A stretch of 63,962 nucleotides of DNA, filler included, from Sanchytrium tribonematis (lineage: Eukaryota), in the NCBI GenBank assembly GCA_018985235.1. It is 6 parts of 6 records of this genome, joined end to end, with 100 filler letters (N's around TTAATTAATTAA, not from the genome) between each part and the next. Parts side by side here need not be neighbours in the genome. Positions count along the whole stretch, not along the records: positions 1 to 10,928 come from JADGIG010000275.1; 5 more parts are not named here. One strand, given 5' to 3'. Both the position numbers and the translations under genes were made by a program. Positions 1 through 9,973 of this stretch are shown piece by piece. Below the pieces are notes generated by a model. That model made no database searches and was not told the origin of the DNA. It worked only from the letters and a program-made list of their open reading frames with translations. The stretch's first letter is position 1; the number at the start of each line of letters is the position of its first letter.

Positions 1-1083
1 TGTTTTGGAAAAATTAATTGCGAATTGCAATGGTACGCAAAGCAATGCCAGCCTGGATTCAACAAAGCCACAACTAGTTTGCATTTAGATGCTTCAACTC
101 ACTCCACAGTTGGGAAAGATCCTAATGCCACTCATTCAACATTTACAAGTAAGGATGTAGAAATGCCTGATTTGCCAACCGAGGAATCTGAGGCTCATGG
201 TACTCATACATTAGAAAATTCAGTAGTTTCTCAGTATTCTGGTGTATCTCAATCAGTGATTTGGAGTGAAGTTGCATCAGAAACATCAGATTCTTCAAAT
301 TTCTCCTTTCCTTCCAAAACTACCAAATCATCTCCAGAGCCAACAAATGACCTGGATTGCAAAATATATTGGTATTTAGATGAATGTACAGGTAAAATTG
401 ACTGCATTTCTCAATGGTATGCGCCTTCATGTAAGAATTTAAAAGATACATCCGAATCTAATGAAAATTTGTCTGAAATAACTCAAAATGGCGATGATAA
501 TGTATATTTGACAACTGTAAGTGAAGAATATGATACAGAAACACATGAAGCAACTGATTTCGAGTCATTTACTGAATATCAACCAGATTCCCTTTCTGAA
601 CCTCAGGAAACATCTGAATTAGAAACAGATTTGCCAAATTTCTCTGCGATTACGACTGATGAGACAGGATTACCCCCAGGATCATCAGTTATGCACGAAA
701 CTCCAGTAGAATCTATTTTTGACGAATCTACAAGTGATCTAGAATTTGCGACTCCCTCTGCTATAGAAAAAGCTGACTCTTCTACTACTCAAAATGAAAC
801 TGTTGAATTTTTGGTTTCTGTAGAAAATACAAGCACTTTAGAATTCTCAGCAACCTTGACGTCATTTTTAACGAGTGCTACTGAAAACACCAGTACTGAG
901 ACCCAAACATCTGTCACTCAAGCATCTGCCACGATCTCTGCTTCTGCATCACAAGTGCCTGTAACTACAAAACCAATTGTCAAGAAATGGCATAAACCAC
1001 GTAAACCCAAGTGGCACAAGCCCAGAAAACCAAAATGGCATAAACCACGCAAGATTAAATGGCATAAACCAATCCCTATTTAA
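1..1083 (+). CDS. 5'-truncated protein with Cys/Trp-Tyr repeats, acidic Ser/Thr stalk and basic KWHKP-repeat tail
   Basis: Frame is open from base 1 (CFGKINCELQWYAKQC). CxxxWYxxxC occurs three times, followed by a long S/T/E-rich region and KWHKP four times at the C-terminus. Confidence 0.75.
   Translation, partial: CFGKINCELQWYAKQCQPGFNKATTSLHLDASTHSTVGKDPNATHSTFTSKDVEMPDLPTEESEAHGTHTLENSVVSQYSGVSQSVIWSEVASETSDSSNFSFPSKTTKSSPEPTNDLDCKIYWYLDECTGKIDCISQWYAPSCKNLKDTSESNENLSEITQNGDDNVYLTTVSEEYDTETHEATDFESFTEYQPDSLSEPQETSELETDLPNFSAITTDETGLPPGSSVMHETPVESIFDESTSDLEFATPSAIEKADSSTTQNETVEFLVSVENTSTLEFSATLTSFLTSATENTSTETQTSVTQASATISASASQVPVTTKPIVKKWHKPRKPKWHKPRKPKWHKPRKIKWHKPIPI
985..1071 (+). repeat. 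24-nt coding tandem repeat (KWHKPRKP, about 3.6 copies)
   Basis: aaatggcataaaccacg-like unit repeated with synonymous changes. Confidence 0.9.
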
Positions 1084-2207
1084 TAAATGTCTTCTAATTT
1101 CTCCCAATATTCTGCATATGGCTCTGGATGCCATCCCGTATGATAATATGGCATACACTCAAAAGTATTACTCAATATTTGCATATTGATGGATGTATTT
1201 TCCAATTTATGGAATGGCAATTGCGGATATTGCTTATTAAATATGGAATTCTCTATTTTCATGGATTTATACACAGAATATAAATATGCTACTTTAACAC
1301 GTGGTATAATCATAATATCATAACTCAATTTAATTAAATCCAAGCACAATGTCGTGGGTTCTGCAGTGCTGCATTCTCCAGATTGTTTCACAGCAAATGG
1401 TCTATTTTTACCTCTTCTAAATTTTAATCCATTTCTAAATGGTATGGCATCCATAGCTACCATTCCATTCCATGTACTCATGACTTGCATCGGCACTTGT
1501 CGGATCCACTTGATTTGATTCGTAAAAGATGCCATGGGTTGAAACATGGAACTCGTTAAATGATATCCATTTAAATCCATGGCTACCCAAGTATCATGAA
1601 ATAAATACTCATTTTTATAATCATAATCCATTCCAGATACCAATCCAGCTTGATTTAAGATTCGTTGATGCTCTAATTCCAATAAATCATTTAAACAAAA
1701 CATGACATCATTTAGAAATAAAATAGCATCTTGATTTGTTATATATTGAATGGCTTTATTTCTTTTATCTACTAAATAATCAATTCGATTCATTTCAAAT
1801 GTTAATGATTCATTCCCCATTTGAATTTCATGTGGAATTTGTCGTGATTTTAATTCTTTTTTATAGTCATCTAGCATTGATTTGGTATTGTCTGTTGATC
1901 CTGATTCATAAATACTAATAAATATATTCGGATTAAAGGCGATTAAATGATTTAAATTTATGATTAAATATGGCAATATCTCTTGATTATTATGTAAATT
2001 AATGGCGATATACCATTTATATTGTTGTAGATATGCATATCTATCCATATAAATGGGTTGACAGACCAGATCATAGTTAGATTGGATATTTGAATGATTA
2101 ATAGGCGTATTTATAGAAATATTGGGGATATGATAAGATTTATCATAAGATAATAAATATAGAAATATGAGAAATAAACTCAAATAAATGTGATATCGTC
2201 GTTTCAT
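1080..2207 (-). CDS. GT69 (CAP59/CMT1-like) alpha-1,3-mannosyltransferase, type II membrane protein
   Basis: MKRR plus N-terminal TM. Family motifs IAINLHNN, ISIYESGSTDNT, RIDYLxxxRNKA, LFLNDV, DTWVAMD, WNGMVA, GECS. Confidence 0.85.
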   Translation of the reverse strand: MKRRYHIYLSLFLIFLYLLSYDKSYHIPNISINTPINHSNIQSNYDLVCQPIYMDRYAYLQQYKWYIAINLHNNQEILPYLIINLNHLIAFNPNIFISIYESGSTDNTKSMLDDYKKELKSRQIPHEIQMGNESLTFEMNRIDYLVDKRNKAIQYITNQDAILFLNDVMFCLNDLLELEHQRILNQAGLVSGMDYDYKNEYLFHDTWVAMDLNGYHLTSSMFQPMASFTNQIKWIRQVPMQVMSTWNGMVAMDAIPFRNGLKFRRGKNRPFAVKQSGECSTAEPTTLCLDLIKLSYDIMIIPRVKVAYLYSVYKSMKIENSIFNKQYPQLPFHKLENTSINMQILSNTFECMPYYHTGWHPEPYAEYWEKLEDIY

Positions 2208-2289
2208 TACTAACAAGCCTCATTTATTTTGAAATTGTCTCATTTTCGTTTCAAATATCCTCTGTTACAGGGATTTGTCTCCATTGTAT

Positions 2290-2855
2290 TTAAATTTCAG
2301 AATTTTGACTCACAAAAGTTCTGTTATGGAGTCAATAAACGAGATGACATGCACGTTAGAAGAAAACAAGGTGATAAATATGGAACTCAATTTTGGGGAT
2401 GCTTTAGTTTTTACGGACTAGGACCAATAACGACTGTTAGAGGCAAATTAAATCAATTTACATACTGCCAAATGATGCAAGATCATTTGGTGCCAGAGTG
2501 GAATGCTGCCAAGACTCTTTTTAGACCATTTTTCCAGCAAAACAATGCACCTTGTCATAATGCTCATTATACCCGTAACTGGTTTAAACAAAGCGGTATT
2601 GTACTAATTGACTGGCCATCTTGTAGTCCTGATCTGAACCCAATAGAAGATTTATGGGTGATTATGAAAAGAAGACTTGGAAAATTGGATTTTCCACCCA
2701 ATTAAGACGCTTTGGAGAATATTACATTGAAATTATGGGAGTCCATTCAGGAAAACGACTCAGATATGCTGGAAAATCTTGCACTATCATTTAAAACTAA
2801 ATTGCAGAAGTGTTTGCAGCTAAATGGTGACTTGATTAATAAATTTTATTTCTAA
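2290..2855 (+). mobile_element. Tc1/mariner transposase remnant (DDE_3), inactive
   Basis: FWGCFS, FQQNNAPCH (catalytic D changed to N), WPSCSPDLNPIEDLW. In-frame TAA at 2703, after which the homologous C-terminus continues to 2855. Confidence 0.85.
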
Positions 2856-2872
2856 TATTTGGCGACAAATCC

Positions 2873-3946
2873 CTATAACAGAGGATATTGGGGTAGCACA
2901 TTTTGCTTAATGACACCAAAACAATTCCGGTTGTATTCCTTTACATTTTCAAATGTAAATGATGAAAAGTACATATGTAATTGACGTAGATCTAATTTAA
3001 TATTTTCATTGGAAAATAAAGCACTTAGGACATTGCAATTATTGTATTTAATCAATCCATAAAACAAATTCTTTGCTTGAATAGGGTTTAAACGGTGAGA
3101 CTTGATTTCCATTAGCAAAGGGTTTAATAAATTTAATTTGTCTGCTTTGGGAAGTTGGTGCACACTCGGGAATGGCTGATCAAAATAGGATGGTTGATAA
3201 TGAGCTGCTAATTCGGTAATTAATTTTTTCTGATTAAATCGACTAGAGGCTACGAGTGCCCATTGAGTTTGAATCGCATAAATCTTATGTATTTCTATAT
3301 CGCAGGAATGAAGCGACTTTTCCAAATCAGATTCTATTAATAATTTATCACCAAATTCAGATTTAGCGGCAAATAAGATTTTGAAAAATTCACATTTTGT
3401 CTGCTCGTTTAATGCGTTGAAAAACTGTTCAATGAGTTGAACATTGACTAATTCTGGAAAGTCAGACAGCAATGGTTTTGATTCATCATCTGAATTAATA
3501 GATTGAAATTGAGAGACAAAAACACCCCATAACTTTTGAAATTTTGGATTTGGCGTTTCTTGTAGGATTTTTATAAATTTGTAAACCCCATCGAAATAAT
3601 AATATTTCACAGAGTATCTGATTAAGGATTTCATGAATCGTTGAATTGAAATCCAATGAGTTTGTCGTTCTACATCTCTGTTAATATATTTTTCATAAAA
3701 CTCATTTAATACGCCAATTCCTGCATTTTCCGATAAATATACTACATATCTGACGACAATGTCTTTTTCATCATCTTTTAAAATTACAATGTTTTGCTTT
3801 TCATAATAAATTTCCATTTCCAGGAACAATCTCTTTTTTGGCCACTCACTTTGTTGAAATTGATCCATAGATGCATCCCTTTGTTCCAATATAGACCTCA
3901 ACTCATCTGTCCAACTTGCAAATACCATTAAAACAATCAAATACAT
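2873..3946 (-). CDS. Secreted helical hypothetical protein (paralog of 4011..5276)
   Basis: Short signal peptide. Shares WTxEL, GVYKF, LLSDxP, FAxKSExGD and IYAIQTQ with its neighbour. Confidence 0.8.
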   Translation of the reverse strand: MYLIVLMVFASWTDELRSILEQRDASMDQFQQSEWPKKRLFLEMEIYYEKQNIVILKDDEKDIVVRYVVYLSENAGIGVLNEFYEKYINRDVERQTHWISIQRFMKSLIRYSVKYYYFDGVYKFIKILQETPNPKFQKLWGVFVSQFQSINSDDESKPLLSDFPELVNVQLIEQFFNALNEQTKCEFFKILFAAKSEFGDKLLIESDLEKSLHSCDIEIHKIYAIQTQWALVASSRFNQKKLITELAAHYQPSYFDQPFPSVHQLPKADKLNLLNPLLMEIKSHRLNPIQAKNLFYGLIKYNNCNVLSALFSNENIKLDLRQLHMYFSSFTFENVKEYNRNCFGVIKQNVLPQYPLL

Positions 3947-4010
3947 TCACAAATATTTGTGTTTTCAAGGAGTATTTGTGTTCAATTTAAAATCAAATCC
4001 ACGTTGCACA

Positions 4011-5276
4011 TCATTTATTTTTACGACTCTGTAATAATCGTATGAATTTGCGTATTCTAGTCCTAGTAAATACGTCATCATATGGATCTATCTGATAATT
4101 CTGTAGCACATTTAATATTTTAGATTTTTCACTCTTTTTCACTCGAATGTGGTTCTTATTGCCATGATTCACTATATATTTGAATAATTGCCTATTGAAT
4201 ACACTCTTGAATGATTTCTCCATATTAAATATATGCTGTACAAGCTCAAATGTCAAATCAAATGGCATTTGTAATTTCAAAATATCATCAAAACAATTGG
4301 GACTATTTCTCATTAAATAACTTGTCAAATCAACACCACTAACTTGAATATCATTGAATAAATACTTGAATGCCTTGCAATGATTGTAGTTAACTAATAA
4401 ATAAAAGAGATTCTTGATATTTCCATGAGATAATTCAGATGCTTTGATTTGATTCAGTAATGGACGGATAGATTGAATATCATGTATAATGGGTAATCCA
4501 GTTATGATTGAAATGCGTGTATTCAAATGAGATGGTTTAAAATGAGTTGCTAATATTTGTGAGATTTGATTTTGATTTGGAAATGCACTTGTTCTAACCA
4601 GTGATAATTGGGTTTGAATGGCATAAATAGACTCTATTTGCGATTGATTACAAATTTCAATCTCATTTCTCGCTAATAATGCATCACCATATTCAGATTT
4701 AGTGGCAAATATCAGATTTAATAATTTGCATCTTTGAGTATTATTTAGTTCATAATAGATTAAATTGAGTAAAGAGGGATGATTGATGAGTAATGGGTAA
4801 TCAGAGAGTAATACTTTGGATGTATGAGACTCAATAGATTTAAAATGAGGAATAAAGATTTCAAAGATTTCATTGAAATTGGAAAATGAAATTAAAGATT
4901 GTCGATTCATGAAATGTAAAAATTTGTAGACACCCACCATATAGTGATGTTGAATGGAATAATCTATCAGAGATGACATGAATTGAAAAAGAGGAAGAAA
5001 TTTGCGATGATATAAATTATCTATTAAATTACTAAATGATAAAGTGGATAATAATGCAGCATATCCCACAATAATGATTTTTTGATCATCGGATAAGGAA
5101 TGAATGGGGATACCAAATATATTTTGATCTATTTTGGATAATAAAGTGGCATCCGTCCATTTCATTTGTAAATCTTGCCATTTTATAGAATTGGATTTTA
5201 CAATGATATTCTGTTGATTCATAATGGCAACCAGTTCATTTGTCCAATGTGCAAATAGCAATGTCAACCAATGCAT
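4011..5276 (-). CDS. Secreted helical hypothetical protein (paralog of 2873..3946)
   Basis: ATG at 5276 (MHWLTLLFA), preceded by CCCC. Same conserved blocks as its neighbour. Confidence 0.8.
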   Translation of the reverse strand: MHWLTLLFAHWTNELVAIMNQQNIIVKSNSIKWQDLQMKWTDATLLSKIDQNIFGIPIHSLSDDQKIIIVGYAALLSTLSFSNLIDNLYHRKFLPLFQFMSSLIDYSIQHHYMVGVYKFLHFMNRQSLISFSNFNEIFEIFIPHFKSIESHTSKVLLSDYPLLINHPSLLNLIYYELNNTQRCKLLNLIFATKSEYGDALLARNEIEICNQSQIESIYAIQTQLSLVRTSAFPNQNQISQILATHFKPSHLNTRISIITGLPIIHDIQSIRPLLNQIKASELSHGNIKNLFYLLVNYNHCKAFKYLFNDIQVSGVDLTSYLMRNSPNCFDDILKLQMPFDLTFELVQHIFNMEKSFKSVFNRQLFKYIVNHGNKNHIRVKKSEKSKILNVLQNYQIDPYDDVFTRTRIRKFIRLLQSRKNK

Positions 5277-5491
5277 ATTTGTAAAGAGGGGAAATGTCAA
5301 ATATTTTTAGTAAAAATGACTCGTGTCGGCAATTTCATTCAATGAGTTGTTCACTTGAATTTCATGTTACACTAATATCTCAAGGGTCTTTTGTACTCAC
5401 ATTTTTACAATGTCATTTGTCAAAATAAATGAAAGGAGTCATTTGTACAACTTGATTTTGTATTTAGTAATCCTGTTCCCCAAATGGCAGC

Positions 5492-5839
5492 ATGTTGGTG
5501 AATTTGGTATTTGTATTAGCAACAGTAATAGTAGAATTTACAGCGACCAATCAGATTTTTAAGTTAAAAAAAGGACCAGCAATTGCAGAATGGGTTCTTC
5601 AAAGCTCAAATATATATTTTCATAATTTTTATGGTTTGCTAGAGGAAGCTCATAAATTAGGAGATGTAATAATTCGAAATGAGGATTCGCGATGCAGAAA
5701 ATCAATATCACCTAGTTTTCAACTCACTAAAACTTATTTTCGTGAACTACTAATTGAGTGTAATGACAATCGAGAAGCGGAGCCCGCAATATGTTTCCGG
5801 TTTAAAGTTCGTAATACAGGCCGAAAACGATGCCAGTGA
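5492..5839 (+). CDS. Small secreted hypothetical protein
   Basis: Signal peptide MLVNLVFVLA, 4 Cys, CCCC upstream of the ATG. Confidence 0.6.
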   Translation: MLVNLVFVLATVIVEFTATNQIFKLKKGPAIAEWVLQSSNIYFHNFYGLLEEAHKLGDVIIRNEDSRCRKSISPSFQLTKTYFRELLIECNDNREAEPAICFRFKVRNTGRKRCQ

Positions 5840-5919
5840 TTGCAAAAATAATGGTGCGCTGCAATCAATAAACATTTGAAAAACTATTACACACCAATTT
5901 TCAGTTAAATATTTTATTT

Positions 5920-6147
5920 CTACAAATCTATTTGACCCAGTCGTAAATCAGTATCTTTGACATACTTTCTAAAGAATAGAACACTTTCCATCAATATATT
6001 CAATTTCGTATCTATTTTATATTCTAATTCTGGTTGATTATCACCAATATAAATGGATTCCAATCTATTTATCTCTAATTCACATGCTTCTATTTGTAAT
6101 TTGGCATAATCTAATAAATTCATGATTTTGAGTCGATTGGATTCCAT
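5920..6147 (-). CDS. Small coiled-coil hypothetical protein
   Basis: 75-aa ATG ORF with helical composition; AATAAA follows the stop. Confidence 0.45.
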   Translation of the reverse strand: MESNRLKIMNLLDYAKLQIEACELEINRLESIYIGDNQPELEYKIDTKLNILMESVLFFRKYVKDTDLRLGQIDL

Positions 6148-6412
6148 TTCTAGATGTGTGCTATGAATTATTAAAAATAGAAATTTGACGCCATCGTGCG
6201 CAAAAGGATGGGCCTGATTGGTGTTGAAATGATGCTTGGGTCATCAATGGTCATTTGGATGTCAAAGGCGATTAAAGCGGGCAAAGGATCAGAAAACGTT
6301 CTTGAGAAATCTCAATTTCACTCCTCATGTGCGATGATGCAGTCAGAAAAACTTTGAAATGACACTAGATGGGTTTCACTCCCTATATTCTATATTTTAT
6401 AAATAATTTTTG

Positions 6413-7012
6413 ATGCATCGTATTAGATTTGCAATTGCACCAATGTTGGCTGGTAGTGCCTATCTTGGATATCAAGCAGGTCAATCTACATTCAAAGCAC
6501 CTCAAATGTCAATGATCCCAAAGATGGAAATGGCAGAAAAACAACCAGCAAAAGTAGAAAGAACATTTATTATGGTCAAACCAGATGGGGTAGCAAGAAA
6601 CTTGACTGGTAAAATCATTGATAGATTTCTACAACGTGGATATTATTTAGTGGGCATGAAATTGTTGGTGCCAAGTAAGAAATTAGCAGAGACGCATTAT
6701 GAGGATTTAAAATCAAAGCCATTTTATAATGGATTGGTGGAATATATGACTAATGGTAAAGCGGGTGTAGTGGCCATGGTATTTGAAGGGACGGATGCTG
6801 TTAAAACGGGTAGAACGATTATTGGGGCTACGAATCCATTAGAATCTGCACCAGGTACAATTAGAGGAGATTATTGCATTGAGATTGGTAGAAATATCAT
6901 TCATGGGTCAGACAGTGAAGAATCTGCGAATAAAGAGATCTCATTATGGTTTCAACCGGGTGAATTGGTAGAAACTCGACATCCTATGCATGAATGGGTG
7001 ATGGGACGATAA
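6413..7012 (+). CDS. NDK1: Nucleoside diphosphate kinase with N-terminal, probably mitochondrial, extension
   Basis: [35 protein letters not shown]. Confidence 0.97.
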   Translation: MHRIRFAIAPMLAGSAYLGYQAGQSTFKAPQMSMIPKMEMAEKQPAKVERTFIMVKPDGVARNLTGKIIDRFLQRGYYLVGMKLLVPSKKLAETHYEDLKSKPFYNGLVEYMTNGKAGVVAMVFEGTDAVKTGRTIIGATNPLESAPGTIRGDYCIEIGRNIIHGSDSEESANKEISLWFQPGELVETRHPMHEWVMGR

Positions 7013-7230
7013 AAATAAATAGTTGAGTGATAATATTGGATTCTAATAGTCGGGTAGTGGGCGTGTTTGATCGGAAAAATCACTAAATGTTTGAGACTTG
7101 AGAGAAGTGTTTGAAACAGAAATTTCTGATTTTTCAGCAAAGTAACTTGTAAGTAACTACTATTTCACTTGTTTAACGCGAAATTAAAGGAATCTATTTA
7201 TTTGTAAAATGAATCATGCTTGTAACTCTA

Positions 7231-7556
7231 CTATTGATGACGTTGCTCTGAACTCTGATGCTTTTTACTATTTCCGCGATTTTGTCTGCTTTGTGGTAAT
7301 AAATCAGCATCCAGTATAGGTTTAAACAATTTATATACCATGGGATGCTGTATAGCTCTAGATCCGTCTGTGAATGTAGTTAATGTGGGTTTATTTGGTA
7401 AATCGGGCATTTCTTCAATTTTCATTTTACTAGAGTTGTTTCTCGACTTTTTATCCATTTTAATATTACAAAGAGTTGATGTTGATGGCCTATATCGAAT
7501 ACAAACAAGTATAGGGGACACATGTGCTAATTAGTAAAGCCACTTACATCTCTCAT
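7231..7556 (-). CDS. Small hypothetical protein; 5' exon structure uncertain
   Basis: ORF 7231..7521 lacks an ATG at its 5' end. A canonical-looking 21-nt intron lies just upstream at 7527..7547. Confidence 0.4.
7527..7547 (-). other. Candidate 21-nt spliceosomal intron GTAAGTGGCTTTACTAATTAG
   Basis: Perfect GTAAGT donor, TACTAAT branch site and TAG acceptor within 21 nt. Confidence 0.55.
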
Positions 7557-7606
7557 AACAAATGTCGTCGATTTCATCGAATTCCCGATTTTTAATGATT
7601 TATTTG

Positions 7607-9142
7607 TTAAAGCTTTAAATAGATCACACAATGTTCTGTCAACATGCTCATTTTCATGGCATTCTTCAATAATTGGGACTCTTTAAACAGTTTCATTTTA
7701 TTCCACGGAATCTCGGTTTTCTCTTGAATTCTCTTTTTAAGTGAAATAATGGTATCATTCTTACTCACATGCATTGTAAATACATTTCCTTGCAATTCCC
7801 CATCATTTGGTAATTGTATTTCCACATCAAATTCAGTCAATTCCTCAGTTTCATCCAATTCTCTTTTTTGTTTCATTTGCTCTAAAACTTGCTTTTTCGT
7901 GTGTTGCTTGCCATCCCATGTGATATTCGGTTTATTCTCTACTATTTTGTTCCTATTTCCAAGTTGTTTTGCAAATATTTCATCATCCACTTGAAAATGC
8001 ACATTTTTACTTTCTTGTCTTTCCAAATCTTTCAAATGCTGTGAATCTTTTAGGCATTCTTTTAAATGAGATGGTAGATTGACTTCACTCATTTTCATAT
8101 TGCAATGAGGGCACACAGTGATAATAGGTGCTTGTTTTGGAGTAATTTGTGTTTTTGGTGTTTTGATATTTAAATGAGATGGAATCTGCATTTCTTTAGA
8201 TTTCGTACTATTTTTAGAAGATACAGACATCTCCATACTCATTTCATCTGATCCTGCATCTGATTTCTCATCATTTTCATCATTTTCAGATGCTTCAGAA
8301 ATATCATTTTGTATTTCTTGCTCTACCGTAGCCAGTAACTGATCCATATGCTTTAATTTGCGTTGTTTTTCTTGAATGGACATGGTCTTTAAGTCGTTTA
8401 ATTTCAATGGGACTGGATATTCTTGTTTTGAATCCAAAATTGAGAAATTTAATTCTTCAATCAATTTATAGTCGTGCCAGTCAATAGAATCGTATAATTG
8501 ACGCATCACATCTTGTTTCTCTTCTTTATTTGTCTGTTCAAATCTTAAATAATCTAAATATTCAGATCGTTTTAAAATATTTGGTAAAATGAAAAATGGG
8601 TCATTTTTGACATTTTTGATATTTTCATTTAATGCATCCTTGTGCTCAATCATGTATTTAAATTGCTTGATGTATTGCTGATAATATTCATGTTTAGAAT
8701 GCGTGGGTCTCATAAAATGAAATCTGTAATTTTCTGCTTCTTTTTGTTGTAGTTTTAAATGGAATGACTGGCCATACAGTGCGGTATATTTAGCAGTTAA
8801 TTGAATTAAATCTAGATCGATTCGATTCATGTCTTTTAAATGGGTTAAAAATTTATATTCTGGTGGAGGATTTGGTTTTGAAGATTCTGCTTTATTTTCT
8901 ACTTTACTTTCTGTTAATGAGGGTGGTAGTTGACCTTGTTTGATTAAATTCAGTGTATATTCGAAATAATTATAGTAGGGATCTGTATTTTGTAGGAAAT
9001 TGAATTTACTGGATTGTTCAGACTGATCCATAATTCTCTGTTGAAATGCCATGCCATTTTTAGCAATAAAACTAGCTGTTTTATCAATGACTGCTTGTAA
9101 TTGAGGTGGTGGTAATATAAATGATTTCTTTTGAAGTTGCAT
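7607..9142 (-). CDS. PRP21: Splicing factor 3A subunit 1 (Prp21)
   Basis: Two SURP domains (VIDKTASFIAKNG; LIQLTAKYTALYG), IDWHDY, CPHC, C-terminal ubiquitin-like domain. Confidence 0.93.
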   Translation of the reverse strand: MQLQKKSFILPPPQLQAVIDKTASFIAKNGMAFQQRIMDQSEQSSKFNFLQNTDPYYNYFEYTLNLIKQGQLPPSLTESKVENKAESSKPNPPPEYKFLTHLKDMNRIDLDLIQLTAKYTALYGQSFHLKLQQKEAENYRFHFMRPTHSKHEYYQQYIKQFKYMIEHKDALNENIKNVKNDPFFILPNILKRSEYLDYLRFEQTNKEEKQDVMRQLYDSIDWHDYKLIEELNFSILDSKQEYPVPLKLNDLKTMSIQEKQRKLKHMDQLLATVEQEIQNDISEASENDENDEKSDAGSDEMSMEMSVSSKNSTKSKEMQIPSHLNIKTPKTQITPKQAPIITVCPHCNMKMSEVNLPSHLKECLKDSQHLKDLERQESKNVHFQVDDEIFAKQLGNRNKIVENKPNITWDGKQHTKKQVLEQMKQKRELDETEELTEFDVEIQLPNDGELQGNVFTMHVSKNDTIISLKKRIQEKTEIPWNKMKLFKESQLLKNAMKMSMLTEHCVIYLKL

Positions 9143-9240
9143 GTCAGAAGGAGTATCTTTTGCAAACTGGTTTCCGAAAATAGCTTATTGGTGATATACA
9201 CGTGAAAATTAGATGGAAATGAACGCATCCCTTCTTTTGC

Positions 9241-9927
9241 ATGGCACCCGTCATTGTGATTGCAGGCTATGGCCCAGCTATTTCTCATGAAGTATGCAAT
9301 GCATTTTCTAAAAAAGGATATTCTTTAGCATTAATTGCAAGAACTAAATCCAAATTAGATCAAGCTGTTGAGCAATTCAAGGAAAATGGTATCAAATCGG
9401 CCGCATTTCCAACTGATTTAGGAGATGTCAAGTCTGTTGAAAATACCATAAAAGCTATTCAAAAAGATTTGGGAAGTATTGCCATTATTTTTTGGAATGG
9501 AGGTGGTATTGGCAAACCAGTCTTGGAAACTAGCTCTGAGGAATACAGATTCAATTTCACTGCTAATATTGACTCGTTGTGTGTTGCTATCAATTCTGCC
9601 AAATCAGATTTAGAGAAAAATAAGGGCGCTGTTTTAGTCACTGGTGGCGGATTAGGTGTAGATCATCCAATGAGTACCCAAATGGCTATTAATTGGAAAT
9701 GTGGTTCATTTGCCATTAATAAGGCTGCTCAACATAAATTGGTTGATTTATTACATGCAGATTTGAAACCATTGGGTATTTATGCTGGTGAAGTCACAGT
9801 CATGTCTAGTGTTAAAGGAACACCATGGGATGATGGTAGTGCTACAATTACAGCTGAGAATGTGGCCAAGTTATTTGTGGAGCTGTTTGAAAAGAGAGAT
9901 AAAGTTTTTGCAAAAATTGACAAATAA
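9241..9927 (+). CDS. Short-chain dehydrogenase/reductase
   Basis: Rossmann motif VIAGYGPAIS, LALIAR, VLVTGG, FAINKAAQ (atypical YxxxK). Confidence 0.88.
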   Translation: MAPVIVIAGYGPAISHEVCNAFSKKGYSLALIARTKSKLDQAVEQFKENGIKSAAFPTDLGDVKSVENTIKAIQKDLGSIAIIFWNGGGIGKPVLETSSEEYRFNFTANIDSLCVAINSAKSDLEKNKGAVLVTGGGLGVDHPMSTQMAINWKCGSFAINKAAQHKLVDLLHADLKPLGIYAGEVTVMSSVKGTPWDDGSATITAENVAKLFVELFEKRDKVFAKIDK

Positions 9928-9973
9928 ATAAAATTTGCGGTACACAGATCACACGGATTCTGACAGGGGAGAA

